From NCBI GenBank assembly GCA_031459385.1, contig JAVKIP010000007.1:1-64000 (forward strand): a stretch of DNA of 64,000 nucleotides, given 5' to 3'. This document shows positions 8,991 through 19,513 of this stretch, piece by piece. The translations under genes and the position numbers were made by a program. Position 1 is the stretch's first letter; every line of letters starts with the position of its first letter. Below the pieces are notes generated by a model that saw only the letters and a list, made by a program, of their open reading frames with translations, had not been told where the DNA came from and searched no databases. The stretch comes from Candidatus Fervidifonticultor secundus. GTDB taxonomy: Bacteria; Sysuimicrobiota; Sysuimicrobiia; Sysuimicrobiales; Humicultoraceae.

Positions 8991-9961
8991 CCCCCGTGGC
9001 GACCTGGCCTGTCTGGGCGCAGGCGGTGGTGGCGGCCGCCCTGGCCGGTGTCGCGGTCCTGGCGGCCGGGCCGCGCGCGGTGGCGCTGCTGTCGGCCCTG
9101 GGCTCGCGGCAGCAGATCCGCGAGGACGCGCCCGCGCGCCACCAGGCCAAGGCTGGCGTCCCCACCATGGGTGGTCTGGTCATCGTCGGGGCGGTGGTCG
9201 TCGCGACGCTCATCGCTGGCGGATGGACCGGTCGGACCGCGTTCGGGCTCGCGGGGCTGCTGGGCTTCGGCGCCATCGGCTTCCTCGACGACCTGCGCAA
9301 GGTGCGGCGGGGGCGCAACCTCGGCCTGCGCGCGCGCGAGCGGCTGGCCCTGCAGCTGGCACTCGGCCTGCTGCTGGGCGGCATCGCCGCCGCCACCATG
9401 AGTACGAGCGTGCGCCTGCCGGGCGGCGCCGGCGTACCCCTCGGCGCCGCCTACGCCCTCTTCGTCGCGCTGTGGCTTGCGGGGTTCGCGAACGCCGTGA
9501 ACCTGACCGACGGCCTCGACGGGCTGGCCGCCGGGCTGGCGGCGGCTGCGGCCGCAGGCCTGGCGGTCGTGGCGGCGCGCCGGGCCGCGCCGGACGTGAC
9601 GGTGGCGGCGGCGGCCATCGCCGGGGCGGCGCTGGCGTTCCTGTCGGTGAACGCGCATCCGGCGCGGCTCATCATGGGGGATGTCGGGTCCAACGCGCTG
9701 GGCGGCGGTCTGGCAGCCCTGGCCGTCGCCACGGGCGCGGAGCTGCCGATGCTCATTCTCGGCGGCGTCTTCGTCGCCGAGGCGGTCTCGGTGCTGGCGC
9801 AGGTCGCGTACTTTAAGGCCACCGGCGGCCGGCGCATCTTCCGCATGAGCCCGCTGCACCACCACTTCGAGCTGGCAGGGTGGTCAGAACCCCAGGTGGT
9901 CCGGCGGTTCTACGCCGCGGGCTCGGTGTGTCTGGTGCTCGGCGTCGTGGCGGCCCGGTGA
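8987..9961 (+). CDS. mraY: Phospho-N-acetylmuramoyl-pentapeptide transferase
   Basis: KAGVPTMGG, GFLDD, NAVNLTDGLDGL, MGDVGS, RMSPLHHHFEL. Confidence 0.97.
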   Translation: MTPVATWPVWAQAVVAAALAGVAVLAAGPRAVALLSALGSRQQIREDAPARHQAKAGVPTMGGLVIVGAVVVATLIAGGWTGRTAFGLAGLLGFGAIGFLDDLRKVRRGRNLGLRARERLALQLALGLLLGGIAAATMSTSVRLPGGAGVPLGAAYALFVALWLAGFANAVNLTDGLDGLAAGLAAAAAAGLAVVAARRAAPDVTVAAAAIAGAALAFLSVNAHPARLIMGDVGSNALGGGLAALAVATGAELPMLILGGVFVAEAVSVLAQVAYFKATGGRRIFRMSPLHHHFELAGWSEPQVVRRFYAAGSVCLVLGVVAAR

Positions 9962-11460
9962 GGACCACTGCCGGCGCGCGCGTGGACCAGGTCACCGCGC
10001 AACTGCGCGGGCGGCGGATCCACGTGCTCGGGCCGTCGGGCACCGAAGGGTCCGCGGTGATCGACTTCCTGCTCTCGCAGGACATCACGACCATCACCGC
10101 GCACGACCTGGAGCCGCCGGAGCGGTTCGCCGCCACCGTGGAGCGCACGCATCCGTGGCTGGACCCCATGGGCCGCGCCGCGCTGGTGGCGCGGCTGCGC
10201 GCCGCGCCGCTGACCTGGCGGCAGGGCCCGCGCTACCTGGAGGGCCTCGAGGAGGCCGAGGTCATCTTCGTGCCGCAGTCGTGGTTCCGGCATCCGCAGA
10301 ACGCGCCGGTGCGGGCGGCGGCAGCGCGGGGCGTCCCGCTGTGGAGCATGACGCGGCTGTTCTTCGAACTGCATCCGGGACCGGTGCTGGGGGTCACCGG
10401 CACGAACGGGAAGTTCACGGTGGTCACGTTGATCGCCGCCATGCTGGAGGCGGCGCGCCTCCCGGTCGTGGTCTCGGGCAACGACCGCACCCACGTGCCG
10501 GCCCTCTACGCGCTGGACCGGCTGACGCCCCAGACCTGGCTGGTGCTCGAGATCAGCAACCGGCAGCTCGTCGGCCTGCCGTACAGTCCCCAGGTGGCCG
10601 TGGTGACCAACATCGCGACGCACCACCTCGACGATCACGGCGGGATGGACGCCTACGTGGAGGCCAAGCGGACCATTGTGCGCCACCAGGGGCCGGCGGA
10701 CCACGCGGTGCTGAACGCGGACGACCAGCGGGTCGCCGGCATGGCGGCCGGTGCCCGCGGCCACGTCCACTGGTTCAGCCGCCGTGGCCCGGTCGCGCAG
10801 GGCGCGTACCTGGATGACGGCTGGCTCGTGCTGGCCGACCGGCCGCCGGCGCGCGTGCTCGAGGTGGCGGCGCTGCCCGTGCCGGGGGACCACATGGTGG
10901 AGAATGCTCTGGCGGCGCTGGCAGCTTCCGCGGTGGCGGGCGTCCCGCCCGAGGCCATGGCGCGGGTCCTGCGGGCGTTTCGCGGACTGCCGTACCGGTT
11001 CCGCCTGGTGGCCGAGCGCGACGGCGTCGCCTTCTATGAGGACTCCCTGGCCACGAACCCGGCGGCGGCGGCCGCGGCGATCCGGAGCATGGGTCGCCCT
11101 TTCCACCTGATCGCCGGGGGGGTCCGGCGCCAGGCCCGTGCGCAGGACTTCCTGCCGATGGTGGAGGCCCTGGCCGCAGCGCCCGTGCGTGGCGTCTACC
11201 TCATCGGGGCCTCTGCCCCGATCCTGGCCGAGGCGCTCGCCGCCATGTCGCCCGGCGCCGGGGTCGCGATCCACCGCACCGGGACGCTGGAGCGCGCTCT
11301 GGCCGCGGCACGGGCTGCTGCGCGGCCCGGCGAGGCCATCCTGCTGTCGCCCGGCTGCGAGAGCTTCGATCAGTTCGCCGACTACCGGGAGCGCGGCGAC
11401 CGGTTCGTGCACCTGGTCGCGCAGCTGCCCACGGTGTCCGTCGAGGACGTGGGACGCTGA
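9958..11460 (+). CDS. murD: MurD-like Mur ligase (atypical motifs)
   Basis: Lies between mraY and ftsW. GTNGK, YEDSLATN, LLSPGCESFDQF..Y.ERG are recognisable but divergent. Confidence 0.85.
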   Translation: MRTTAGARVDQVTAQLRGRRIHVLGPSGTEGSAVIDFLLSQDITTITAHDLEPPERFAATVERTHPWLDPMGRAALVARLRAAPLTWRQGPRYLEGLEEAEVIFVPQSWFRHPQNAPVRAAAARGVPLWSMTRLFFELHPGPVLGVTGTNGKFTVVTLIAAMLEAARLPVVVSGNDRTHVPALYALDRLTPQTWLVLEISNRQLVGLPYSPQVAVVTNIATHHLDDHGGMDAYVEAKRTIVRHQGPADHAVLNADDQRVAGMAAGARGHVHWFSRRGPVAQGAYLDDGWLVLADRPPARVLEVAALPVPGDHMVENALAALAASAVAGVPPEAMARVLRAFRGLPYRFRLVAERDGVAFYEDSLATNPAAAAAAIRSMGRPFHLIAGGVRRQARAQDFLPMVEALAAAPVRGVYLIGASAPILAEALAAMSPGAGVAIHRTGTLERALAAARAAARPGEAILLSPGCESFDQFADYRERGDRFVHLVAQLPTVSVEDVGR

Positions 11461-12653
11461 TGGGGACGGTGGCCGCGCTGCACCGCCGGACCGGGGACGT
11501 CGCGTTGTTCGCGTGCGTGCTGGCCATGGTCGCCCTGGGTCTGGTGATGGTGTACAGTGCCAGCAGCGTGGTGGCGTACGAGCGGCTGCAGGACAGCGCC
11601 TACTTCTTCAAGCGCCAGACCCTCTGGGCCGCGCTGGGCCTGGCCGCCCTGGGGGTGGCGTGGAGGACGCACTACGCCCGCCTGGGGCGCCTGGCGGTCC
11701 CGGTGCTGCTGGTAGCGCTGGTCCTGATGGGACTGGTCCTGCTCCCCGGCATCGGGGTGGTCGCGGGCGGAGCGCGCCGGTGGCTCGTCGCCGGGCCCCT
11801 GCGGTTCCAGCCGGTCGAACTCGCCAAGCTGGCCATGGTGCTTTACGTCGCGCAGTTCGCGACGCGGCGAGGGCCGGGCATGCGCGACTTCCGGCGCGGT
11901 GTGCTGCCGCCCCTGCTGGTCACTGGACTCCTGGGCGCGCTGGCGCTGCGGCAGCCCGACATGGGCTCGGCGCTGGTGCTGGGGGCTGCAATGCTCGTGA
12001 TGCTGTACCTGGGCGGCGCGCGCGTGCTCCATCTCGGGCTGGTCGTGGCCGCCGCGCTGCCGGTCCTGGCGGCGGCGGTCCTTCTGGCCGACTACCGGAT
12101 GGCGCGCGTCGTCGCGTTCCTGAACCCGTGGCGAGATCCGCAGGGCACGGGCTTCCACATCATCCAGGCGCTGCTGGCCTTCGGCTCCGGCGGCCTCCTG
12201 GGGAGCGGGTTGGGGGCGAGCCGGCAGAAGTTCTTCTACCTGCCGGAGCGGCATACGGACTTCATCTTTGCCATCCTGGGCGAGGAGCTCGGACTGTTGG
12301 GCACGCTGGGGCTGCTGGCCCTGTTCGGGCTGTTCGCGTACCGGGGCCTGCGCATCGCGGCATACGCGCCGGACCGCTTCAGCAGCCTGCTCGCCGCCGG
12401 GATCACGACGTCTGTCACCGGCCAGGCGCTGCTGAACATGGGGGTGGCCACCGGCAGCCTGCCGGTCACAGGGGTGCCGTTGCCCTTCGTCAGCTTCGGC
12501 GGCTCGGCGATGGTCACCACGATGATCCAGGTCGGCGTGCTTTTGAACATCTCGCGCTACGCGCGCCCGGCGCGTCCGGCGGTGAGCCGGCCCACGCGGC
12601 TCGGCCGACCCATGGCCGGGACAGGCGCGGCGCGCGCGGTGACGGCGCCATGA
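11460..12653 (+). CDS. ftsW: SEDS peptidoglycan glycosyltransferase FtsW
   Basis: MVYSAS, GARRWL, FQPVELAK, QPDMG, YLPERHTDFIF, GVPLPFVSFGGS. Confidence 0.97.
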   Translation: MGTVAALHRRTGDVALFACVLAMVALGLVMVYSASSVVAYERLQDSAYFFKRQTLWAALGLAALGVAWRTHYARLGRLAVPVLLVALVLMGLVLLPGIGVVAGGARRWLVAGPLRFQPVELAKLAMVLYVAQFATRRGPGMRDFRRGVLPPLLVTGLLGALALRQPDMGSALVLGAAMLVMLYLGGARVLHLGLVVAAALPVLAAAVLLADYRMARVVAFLNPWRDPQGTGFHIIQALLAFGSGGLLGSGLGASRQKFFYLPERHTDFIFAILGEELGLLGTLGLLALFGLFAYRGLRIAAYAPDRFSSLLAAGITTSVTGQALLNMGVATGSLPVTGVPLPFVSFGGSAMVTTMIQVGVLLNISRYARPARPAVSRPTRLGRPMAGTGAARAVTAP

Positions 12654-13780
12654 AGGTCGTGATCACCGGCGGTGGCACGGGCGGGCACGTCTACCCCGGG
12701 CTGGCCATCGCCGAGGCACTGCGCCGGCGGCGTCCGGAGGTGGAGGTCGTCTTCATCGGCGGCGACCGACTCGAGGCACGCGTCGTACCGCAGGAGGGGT
12801 GGCCATACCGCGCGATCCGCGCACGCCCGCTGCGGCGCGGCCGGACGCTGGCCGCGGTGGGCACCCTGGCGGCGACCGGGCTCGGGACGGCGCAGGCCCT
12901 CGTCATCCTGGCCCGCCTGTGGCCCGACGTGGTCGTCGCCACCGGCGGCTACGTCTGTGTCCCGGTGGGCATCGCAGCCGCAGCCCTTGGCCGGCCGCTC
13001 GTGCTCCAGGAGCAGAACATGCGGCCGGGGCTCGCGCACCGGCTGCTGTCCCGGTGGGCCCGGTGGGTGTCGGTCCCTCATCCCGCCGCCGGCGCCCGGC
13101 TGGGCGCGCGGCGCGTCGAGGTCACCGGCGTGCCCGTCCGCCGGCGGGCTCTGGAGGGCGACCGCGCCCGCGGCCTGGCACGGTGGGGACTGGACCCCGG
13201 GCGCTTCACGCTGCTCGTGCTCGGCGGCAGCCAGGGAGCCGAGAGCCTGAACCGCGCGGCCTGTCAGATCGCCGACCTCCTGATGTTCGAGCGACACCTG
13301 CAGGTGCTGCACCAGACCGGACCCGAGCACGTGCACTGGGTTGCCGAGGCGATCGGCCGCCGGGAGCACGTCGGCCCGCCGGCGATCCGCCACGTGGCGG
13401 TGCCGTTCCTCGACCCGATCGGCGACGCCTACGCGTGTGCGGATCTGGTCGTCTGCCGCGCCGGCGCGGCGACGCTGGCGGAGATCACGGCCTGGGGGCT
13501 GCCGGCGATCCTGGTCCCGTATCCGTACGCGGCGGAGGGCCATCAGGAGGACAACGCGGCGGTGCTGGTGGCGGCAGGCGCCGCGGTGTCCCTCGCCGAC
13601 GGGGCCCTCGCCAGCGGTGCGCTGCTCGAGGTCGTGCGGGAACTGATCGCCGACCGCGCCCGGCGCGAGGCGATGGGGCGCGCGAGCCGCGCCATCGGGC
13701 GGCCCGAGGCCGCGGCGGTCGTGGCCGATCTGGTCGTGCGCACCGCCGGCGGCACCGTGGCGCAGGAGGCGCTGGCGTGA
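12650..13780 (+). CDS. murG: Lipid II GlcNAc transferase
   Basis: TGGGTGGHVYP, GGYV, EQN, GGSQGA, RAGAATLAE, HQEDNA. Confidence 0.97.
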   Translation: MKVVITGGGTGGHVYPGLAIAEALRRRRPEVEVVFIGGDRLEARVVPQEGWPYRAIRARPLRRGRTLAAVGTLAATGLGTAQALVILARLWPDVVVATGGYVCVPVGIAAAALGRPLVLQEQNMRPGLAHRLLSRWARWVSVPHPAAGARLGARRVEVTGVPVRRRALEGDRARGLARWGLDPGRFTLLVLGGSQGAESLNRAACQIADLLMFERHLQVLHQTGPEHVHWVAEAIGRREHVGPPAIRHVAVPFLDPIGDAYACADLVVCRAGAATLAEITAWGLPAILVPYPYAAEGHQEDNAAVLVAAGAAVSLADGALASGALLEVVRELIADRARREAMGRASRAIGRPEAAAVVADLVVRTAGGTVAQEALA

Positions 13781-15183
13781 TCGCCCCGGGCGCGCACCTG
13801 CACTTCATCGGCATCGGCGGCGCGGGCATGAGCGCGCTGGCCCAGGTGCTGCGCCACCGCGGCTACGCCGTCTCTGGCTGCGACGTGCGCGAGTCCGAGG
13901 CCACGGCGCGCCTGCGGCGGCTCGGGATCGCCGTCGCCATCGACCACCATCCCACCCACCTGGACGGGCCCGATGCGCTGGTCGTCTCGCGGGCCATCGA
14001 GGAAGGCAACCCGGAGGTGTATGCAGCACGGACGAGGGGCGTGCCGGTCTACCATCGGGCCGAGCTGCTGGGGACGCTCATGGCCAGCGGGCGCAGCATC
14101 GCCGTCGTGGGGACCCACGGCAAGACCACGACTGCGGCGATGCTGGCGCGGGTGCTCACAGCCGCAGGGCTGGATCCCACGGCGCTCATCGGCGCCGACG
14201 TGCCCGACTACGGGGGCAATGCGCGCGCCGGAGGCGGCGACTGGATCGTGGCGGAGGTGGACGAGAGCGACGGCTCGCTGGTCCACGTCCGGCCTGCGGC
14301 CGCGGTGCTGACGAGCCTGGATGCCACCGATCACCGCGATTTCTACACCTCCGCCGCACATCTCGTCGACGTCTTCGCACGGTTCCTCCGCGGCGTGGCG
14401 CCCGACGGGTTCGTGGCCGCGTGTATCGATCACGCGGCCGTGCGCGCGGTCGTCGCCGCATTGGGGCGGCCCGTGATCACGTACGGGTTCCATCCCGCGG
14501 CCGACGTGCGCGGCGAGGCAGTGGCTTTGCGCGGGGCCACGGCGCGCGCCACCCTCACCGTGGGCGGGCGGGCCGCGGGCATCCTGGAGCTGCGCGTGCC
14601 GGGCCGGCACAACATCGTCAACGCGCTGGGCGCGGTGGCCGCGGCCCGGGCGGTGGGAGTGCCCGTGGAGACGGCCGCGACGGCGCTGCGCGACTACCAG
14701 GGGGCCGCGCGTCGCTTCGCGATTCGCGGCGAGGCCGGCGGCGTGCTGGTCGTGGACGACTACGCCCACAACCCGGTGAAGCTCGCGGCGGTGCTCCAGG
14801 CGGCGCGCGAGGGATGGCCCGAGCGCCGTCTGGTGGTCGTCTTCCAGCCCCACCGGTTCTCGCGCACGCGCACGACCCACGGCGCCTATGCCAACGTGTT
14901 CGCGCTCGCGGACGAGGTGATCGTCACGGAGATCTACCCCGCGGGCGAGCGCCCGGTGCCGGGCGTCGGCGCGCACCTGATCGTCGACGCCATCGCGCGG
15001 CAGCGGTCGGTGCGCTACTGTCCCACCATCGAGGACGTCCTGGCCACACTGGAGCACCTGGTGCGCCCCGGCGATCTGGTGCTGACCCTGGGCGCGGGCG
15101 ACATCGGTGCGGCCGCGGACCTGCTCCTGACGCGGCTGGCGCCGCGGGATGCCGCTCCGGCCGGCGCCGAGGATCGGCCGTGA
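13777..15183 (+). CDS. murC: UDP-MurNAc--L-alanine ligase
   Basis: HFIGIGGAGMSALA, GTHGKTTT, EVDESDGS, DDYAHNP, FQPHRFSR. Confidence 0.97.
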   Translation: MIAPGAHLHFIGIGGAGMSALAQVLRHRGYAVSGCDVRESEATARLRRLGIAVAIDHHPTHLDGPDALVVSRAIEEGNPEVYAARTRGVPVYHRAELLGTLMASGRSIAVVGTHGKTTTAAMLARVLTAAGLDPTALIGADVPDYGGNARAGGGDWIVAEVDESDGSLVHVRPAAAVLTSLDATDHRDFYTSAAHLVDVFARFLRGVAPDGFVAACIDHAAVRAVVAALGRPVITYGFHPAADVRGEAVALRGATARATLTVGGRAAGILELRVPGRHNIVNALGAVAAARAVGVPVETAATALRDYQGAARRFAIRGEAGGVLVVDDYAHNPVKLAAVLQAAREGWPERRLVVVFQPHRFSRTRTTHGAYANVFALADEVIVTEIYPAGERPVPGVGAHLIVDAIARQRSVRYCPTIEDVLATLEHLVRPGDLVLTLGAGDIGAAADLLLTRLAPRDAAPAGAEDRP

Positions 15184-16100
15184 CGACCACAGCCGTGCGG
15201 CTGGCCACGCTCGAACGGCGGCTGCGGGCGGTGGCGCGGGACGTGCGGCGCGACGCGCCGCTGGCGCGCCACGTGTCGTTCCGAATCGGGGGCCCGGCCG
15301 ACCTGCTGGTGATTCCTCGCTCGATGCGGGAACTGCGGGCGGCCTGCGACGTCCTCTTCGCCGAGGGGATTCACCCGCTGGTCCTCGGTCAGGGTTCCAA
15401 CGTCCTGATCAGTGACCGCGGCGTCCGGGGCGTCGTCGTGAAGATCGGCAAGGGACTCGACCGGGTGCGTCTCGACGGCACGCGGGTGGTCGCCGAGTGC
15501 GGCGCCGGCGTGCCCGCCCTGGCGCTACGCACGGCCCGGGCGGGACTGGCGGGCCTGGAGTTCGCGGCGGGCATCCCGGCGTCGGCGGGCGGCGCCGTGG
15601 TCATGAACGCCGGCGCGCACGGCCACGCCATCGACGAGGTGACCGAGTCGGTGGAGGTGCTGACGCCCGAGGGCGTGCGCCGGCTTGACCGGGCGGCGCT
15701 GGGCTTCGCCTACCGCTCTTCGGTCCTCCAGACGCGCCCCTGGGTCGTCGCGTCGGTCAGCATGGTGCTGCAGCCGGGCGACCCGGCGACCATCGTGCGG
15801 CGGTTGGAGGAGTGGCTGGCGCTGCGCGGTGCCACCCAGCCCATCGGTCCCCCCAGTTCCGGGTGCGTCTTCCGCAACCCGCCGGGTGACCACGCCGGCC
15901 GGCTGATCGACCAGGCGGGCCTGAAGGGGCTGGCCGTCGGCGGCGCGCGCGTCTCGGAGGTGCACGCGAACTACATCGTGAATACTGGCGGGGCCACGGC
16001 GGCCGATGTGCTGGCCCTGGTGGAGCAGGTCCGGGCACGCCTGGCGGCGCAGGCCGGCGTGCACCTCGAGCTGGAGGTCAAGCTGCTGGGAGAGTTCTGA
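15180..16100 (+). CDS. murB: UDP-N-acetylenolpyruvoylglucosamine reductase
   Basis: FRIGGPA, GSNVL, GIPASAGGA.MNAGA, YRSS, SGCVFRNP, HANYIVN. Confidence 0.97.
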   Translation: MTTTAVRLATLERRLRAVARDVRRDAPLARHVSFRIGGPADLLVIPRSMRELRAACDVLFAEGIHPLVLGQGSNVLISDRGVRGVVVKIGKGLDRVRLDGTRVVAECGAGVPALALRTARAGLAGLEFAAGIPASAGGAVVMNAGAHGHAIDEVTESVEVLTPEGVRRLDRAALGFAYRSSVLQTRPWVVASVSMVLQPGDPATIVRRLEEWLALRGATQPIGPPSSGCVFRNPPGDHAGRLIDQAGLKGLAVGGARVSEVHANYIVNTGGATAADVLALVEQVRARLAAQAGVHLELEVKLLGEF

Positions 16101-16130
16101 ACCCGCCGCCACAGCGCCGACGCTGCCATC

Positions 16131-17063
16131 ATGCTCTCGACGCCGCATGCGCCTCCCGTCACCCTCCCATCCTCGGCCGGCCGGTCCCGGCGCGTTCGTG
16201 CGGTCGGCGCGTGCAGGGCCTCGTCGCATCCCCGCGAGGCCGCATCCCGTGGCGAGGGCGCCGCCGGGTCCCTTCCGGCGCGCGCGGTGATCGCGACCCT
16301 GCGCTTCTCGCTGGTCATGGCCACGCTGCTGGCGGCCCTGATGCTGCCCCAGTCGGCGTTCTTCGACGTCCGGCGCATCGTGGTGACCGGTGCCCACACC
16401 CTCCTGCCCGAGGACGTCGCGGCGACGGCCGGGGTCCAGTACGGGCGCCCGTTGTTCGCAGTCCGCCCGGCCGAAGCCACGGCGCGGCTCCAGGCCCACC
16501 CGCGGATCCGCGCTGCGCGCGTCCAGGTGCGCTGGCCGGAAACGGTCGTGATCGATCTCACGGAGCGCGTCCCCCGCCTGGCCGTGCGCGTGGGTCCGCG
16601 CTATGCGCTCGTCGCCGACGACGACGTGGTCGTGGCCCTCGCCGACGGCCCGGGCGGGCTGCCGTGGCTGGACGACCGCGCAGGCCGCACGGCAGGGGTG
16701 CGCCCGGGTGCCCGCATCGCCTCGCCGACGATGCGCGCGATGCACGTCGTGGTGGAAGCACTGCCCGAGGCGATGCGCGCCCGGCTCCTGCGGGTGATCG
16801 TCCAGGATGGCGGCGATCTCGTCGTGGAGTTTGCCCCGGGCCTCCTGGTGCGGGCGGCGGTCCGGGCCGACCTGGCCGAGCGCCTGGCCCTGCTGCCCCG
16901 GGCGTTGGAGGCGCTGCAGGCGCGGGGGATCGTCGCGAAGGTGATCGACCTGCGCTATGCCGGCTCACTGGTGGTCACACCCTGGCGAGAAGGAGATGGA
17001 CCGCAGGTGTGGAATAGCCGCCCAGATCTGGGGGCAGGCGATTCCATCACCCACTACAGGTAG
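16131..17063 (+). CDS. ftsQ: Cell division protein FtsQ/DivIB
   Basis: TM segment, POTRA region (FDVRRIVVTG...WPETVVIDLTER), C-terminal IDLRY. Start uncertain. Confidence 0.85.
   Translation: MLSTPHAPPVTLPSSAGRSRRVRAVGACRASSHPREAASRGEGAAGSLPARAVIATLRFSLVMATLLAALMLPQSAFFDVRRIVVTGAHTLLPEDVAATAGVQYGRPLFAVRPAEATARLQAHPRIRAARVQVRWPETVVIDLTERVPRLAVRVGPRYALVADDDVVVALADGPGGLPWLDDRAGRTAGVRPGARIASPTMRAMHVVVEALPEAMRARLLRVIVQDGGDLVVEFAPGLLVRAAVRADLAERLALLPRALEALQARGIVAKVIDLRYAGSLVVTPWREGDGPQVWNSRPDLGAGDSITHYR
16991..17016 (+). promoter_or_regulatory. Sigma-H-like promoter upstream of ftsA (within ftsQ 3' end)
   Basis: AGGAGAT-N14-GAATA, both boxes identical to the mraZ motif. Confidence 0.5.
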
Positions 17064-17066
17064 CAT

Positions 17067-18305
17067 ATGGCTCGGCGGGGCTCCGTTGCGGGCCTGGACA
17101 TTGGAACCACCAAGGTCGCCGCTATCGTCGCCGACGTCGACGACGACGGCGACGTCCACGTCGTCGGGGCGGGCACGGCTCCCTCTACCGGGATTCGCCG
17201 CGGGGTGGTCGTCGACCTCGACGCCACGGCGACGGCCATCGAGCAGGCCCTCGACCGCGCGCAGCGCATGGCGGGCCTCGAGGTTCGCGCCGCCTACGTC
17301 GCGGTCTCGGGCGAGCACATCACCTCCGCCGACACCCGGGGTGTCGTGGCGGTGGCGCGTTCCGATCACGAGATCGCCGAAGGCGACGTGGCGCGGGTGA
17401 TCGACGCGGCCCGCATGGCGGCCCTGCCCCCGTCCGATCGCGAGATCATTCACCTCTTGCCGCGCGACTTCATCGTCGACGGGCAGGACGGCGTGAAGCG
17501 GCCGGTGGGGATGTACGGCACCCGGCTGGAAGTCGAGGCCCACCTCGTCACCGGCGTGGCCACGGCGCTGGCCAACGTGGCGAAGTGCGCGCAGCGCGCC
17601 GGGCTCGAGGTCGAGGCCATGGTCCTGGAACCCCTGGCCTCGGCGGAAGCGGTGCTGACGCCCGAGGAGCGCGAGCTCGGTGTGGTCGTCGCCGATATCG
17701 GCGGCGGCACCACCAGCGTGGCGGTCTTCGCCAACGGCGGGCTGTGCCACGTGGCCATCCTGCCGGTAGCCGGTCAGCACCTGACCGGCGACATCGCCGT
17801 GGGCCTGCGCACGGCCGTGCCGGAAGCCGAGAAGCTCAAGGTGCGGTGGGGCGCAGCGAGCCCGGCCTACGTCAGCGAGGGCGACATGATCGAGGTCTTC
17901 GCCGTGGGAGGGCGGGAGCCCCGCGTGCTGCCGCGTCAGAGGCTGGCCGAGGTCATCGAGCCCCGCCTGGACGAGATCTTCGCCCTGGTGGAAGATGAGA
18001 TCCGGCGCAGCGGGTTCCTGCACCGCGTGCCGGCCGGCATCGTGGTGACCGGCGGGACTGCGCAGCTCGAGGGCCTCGACAGCTATGCCGAGCACCGGCT
18101 GCGCATGCCGGCGCGCATCGGGGCCCCGAGCCACATCGCCGGCCTGGTGGAGGCGGTGCGGTCGCCGGCGTTCGCCACCGGCGTGGGCCTGGTGCTGCAC
18201 GGCGCGCGGGGCCGGGCCTACGCCGGCGCCCTGGCGCGCAACGGCGCCGCCTCGTTCTGGGAGCGCGCCCGGGTGTGGCTGCGCGACGTGCTGCAGGGCG
18301 GATGA
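17067..18305 (+). CDS. ftsA: Cell division protein FtsA
   Basis: [36 protein letters not shown]. Confidence 0.97.
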   Translation: MARRGSVAGLDIGTTKVAAIVADVDDDGDVHVVGAGTAPSTGIRRGVVVDLDATATAIEQALDRAQRMAGLEVRAAYVAVSGEHITSADTRGVVAVARSDHEIAEGDVARVIDAARMAALPPSDREIIHLLPRDFIVDGQDGVKRPVGMYGTRLEVEAHLVTGVATALANVAKCAQRAGLEVEAMVLEPLASAEAVLTPEERELGVVVADIGGGTTSVAVFANGGLCHVAILPVAGQHLTGDIAVGLRTAVPEAEKLKVRWGAASPAYVSEGDMIEVFAVGGREPRVLPRQRLAEVIEPRLDEIFALVEDEIRRSGFLHRVPAGIVVTGGTAQLEGLDSYAEHRLRMPARIGAPSHIAGLVEAVRSPAFATGVGLVLHGARGRAYAGALARNGAASFWERARVWLRDVLQGG

Positions 18306-18373
18306 GCGCACAACGACAGGCGAGAGGGAGTCGAGGTCCCGGAGGAACGCCCCTATCAGGAGGAGGATCGCCG

Positions 18374-19432
18374 ATGGCCAACCCAGAGCGTGATCTTCGC
18401 CGGTACGCCGCCGCCATCAAGGTCGTGGGTGTCGGGGGAGGAGGGAGCAACGCCGTCAACCGCATGATCGCCACCGGGCTGCGCGGCGTCGAGTTCATCG
18501 CCATCAACACCGACGCGCAGGCCCTGGCGCTCTCGTCGGCCGACCGCAAGATCCACGTGGGCGCCAAGCTCACCAAGGGGCTCGGCGCGGGCGGTGACCC
18601 CACCGTCGGCCGGCAGGCGGCCGAAGAGAGCCGCGAGGAGCTCCACGATGCCCTGGCCGGGGCGGACATGGTGTTCATCACGGCGGGGATGGGCGGCGGG
18701 ACCGGGACCGGAGCGGCGCCTGTCATCGCGGAACTTGCCCGCGAGCATGGCGCGCTGACCATCGGGGTCGTCACGCGGCCCTTCGGCTTCGAGGGCAAGC
18801 GGCGGGCGATCGTGGCCGACGAGGGGATCCGGGGGCTCAAGCAGAAGGTCAACACGCTCATCACCATTCCCAACGACCGGCTGCTGCAGATCATCGACCG
18901 GCAGGCCACGGTGATCGAGGCGTTTCGGACCGCCGACGACGTGCTGCGTCAGGGCGTGCAGGGCATCGCGGACCTCATCACCATCCCCGGCCTCATCAAC
19001 CTGGATTTCGCCGACGTCCGCACCATCATGGCCGAGGCCGGGGCGGCGCTGATCGGTATCGGCGTCGGCGCTGGCGAGGACCGGGCGGTGCGCGCCGCGC
19101 AGGCCGCCATCAGCAGCCCGCTACTGGAGACGTCGATGGACGGCGCGCGCGGCGTGCTCATCAACGTGACGGGCGGGTTGGATCTGGGCCTGCTGGAGGT
19201 CAGCGAGGCGGCGCAGATCGTGCGGGATGCCGCCGACCCCGAGGCGAACATCATCTTCGGCGCGGTGATCGACGAGAAGGCGCGGGACGAGGTGCGCATC
19301 ACGGTGATCGCCACCGGCTTCGATACGGCCCGTCGGGACGATGAGGTGCCGGCCCCGAGCCAGGAGCGGGCCCGGGAGCCCGTGAAGCTCATCGACGACC
19401 TCGACATCCCGGCGTTCCTGCGCCGGCGCTAG
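18374..19432 (+). CDS. ftsZ: Cell division protein FtsZ
   Basis: [29 protein letters not shown]-terminal [18 protein letters not shown]. Confidence 0.99.
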   Translation: MANPERDLRRYAAAIKVVGVGGGGSNAVNRMIATGLRGVEFIAINTDAQALALSSADRKIHVGAKLTKGLGAGGDPTVGRQAAEESREELHDALAGADMVFITAGMGGGTGTGAAPVIAELAREHGALTIGVVTRPFGFEGKRRAIVADEGIRGLKQKVNTLITIPNDRLLQIIDRQATVIEAFRTADDVLRQGVQGIADLITIPGLINLDFADVRTIMAEAGAALIGIGVGAGEDRAVRAAQAAISSPLLETSMDGARGVLINVTGGLDLGLLEVSEAAQIVRDAADPEANIIFGAVIDEKARDEVRITVIATGFDTARRDDEVPAPSQERAREPVKLIDDLDIPAFLRRR

Positions 19433-19513
19433 GGACACCGCCGGGGAGATGGCGCGTCCTGTGCGGCCCGGAGGCCGCTAGCGCCGGACCCCGGTCCGCG
19501 CCCGGCCAGCACC

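Noticed and set aside
7889..15183. Apparent long N-terminal fusions on mraY, murG and murC (also fmt, pknB, rlmN) in the ORF track
   Set aside because: The extensions are off-frame overlaps of upstream genes; real starts lie at ATGA/GTGA overlaps or just downstream of the previous gene.
16100..16131. Absence of ddl between murB and ftsQ
   Set aside because: Normal for Firmicutes-type dcw clusters.
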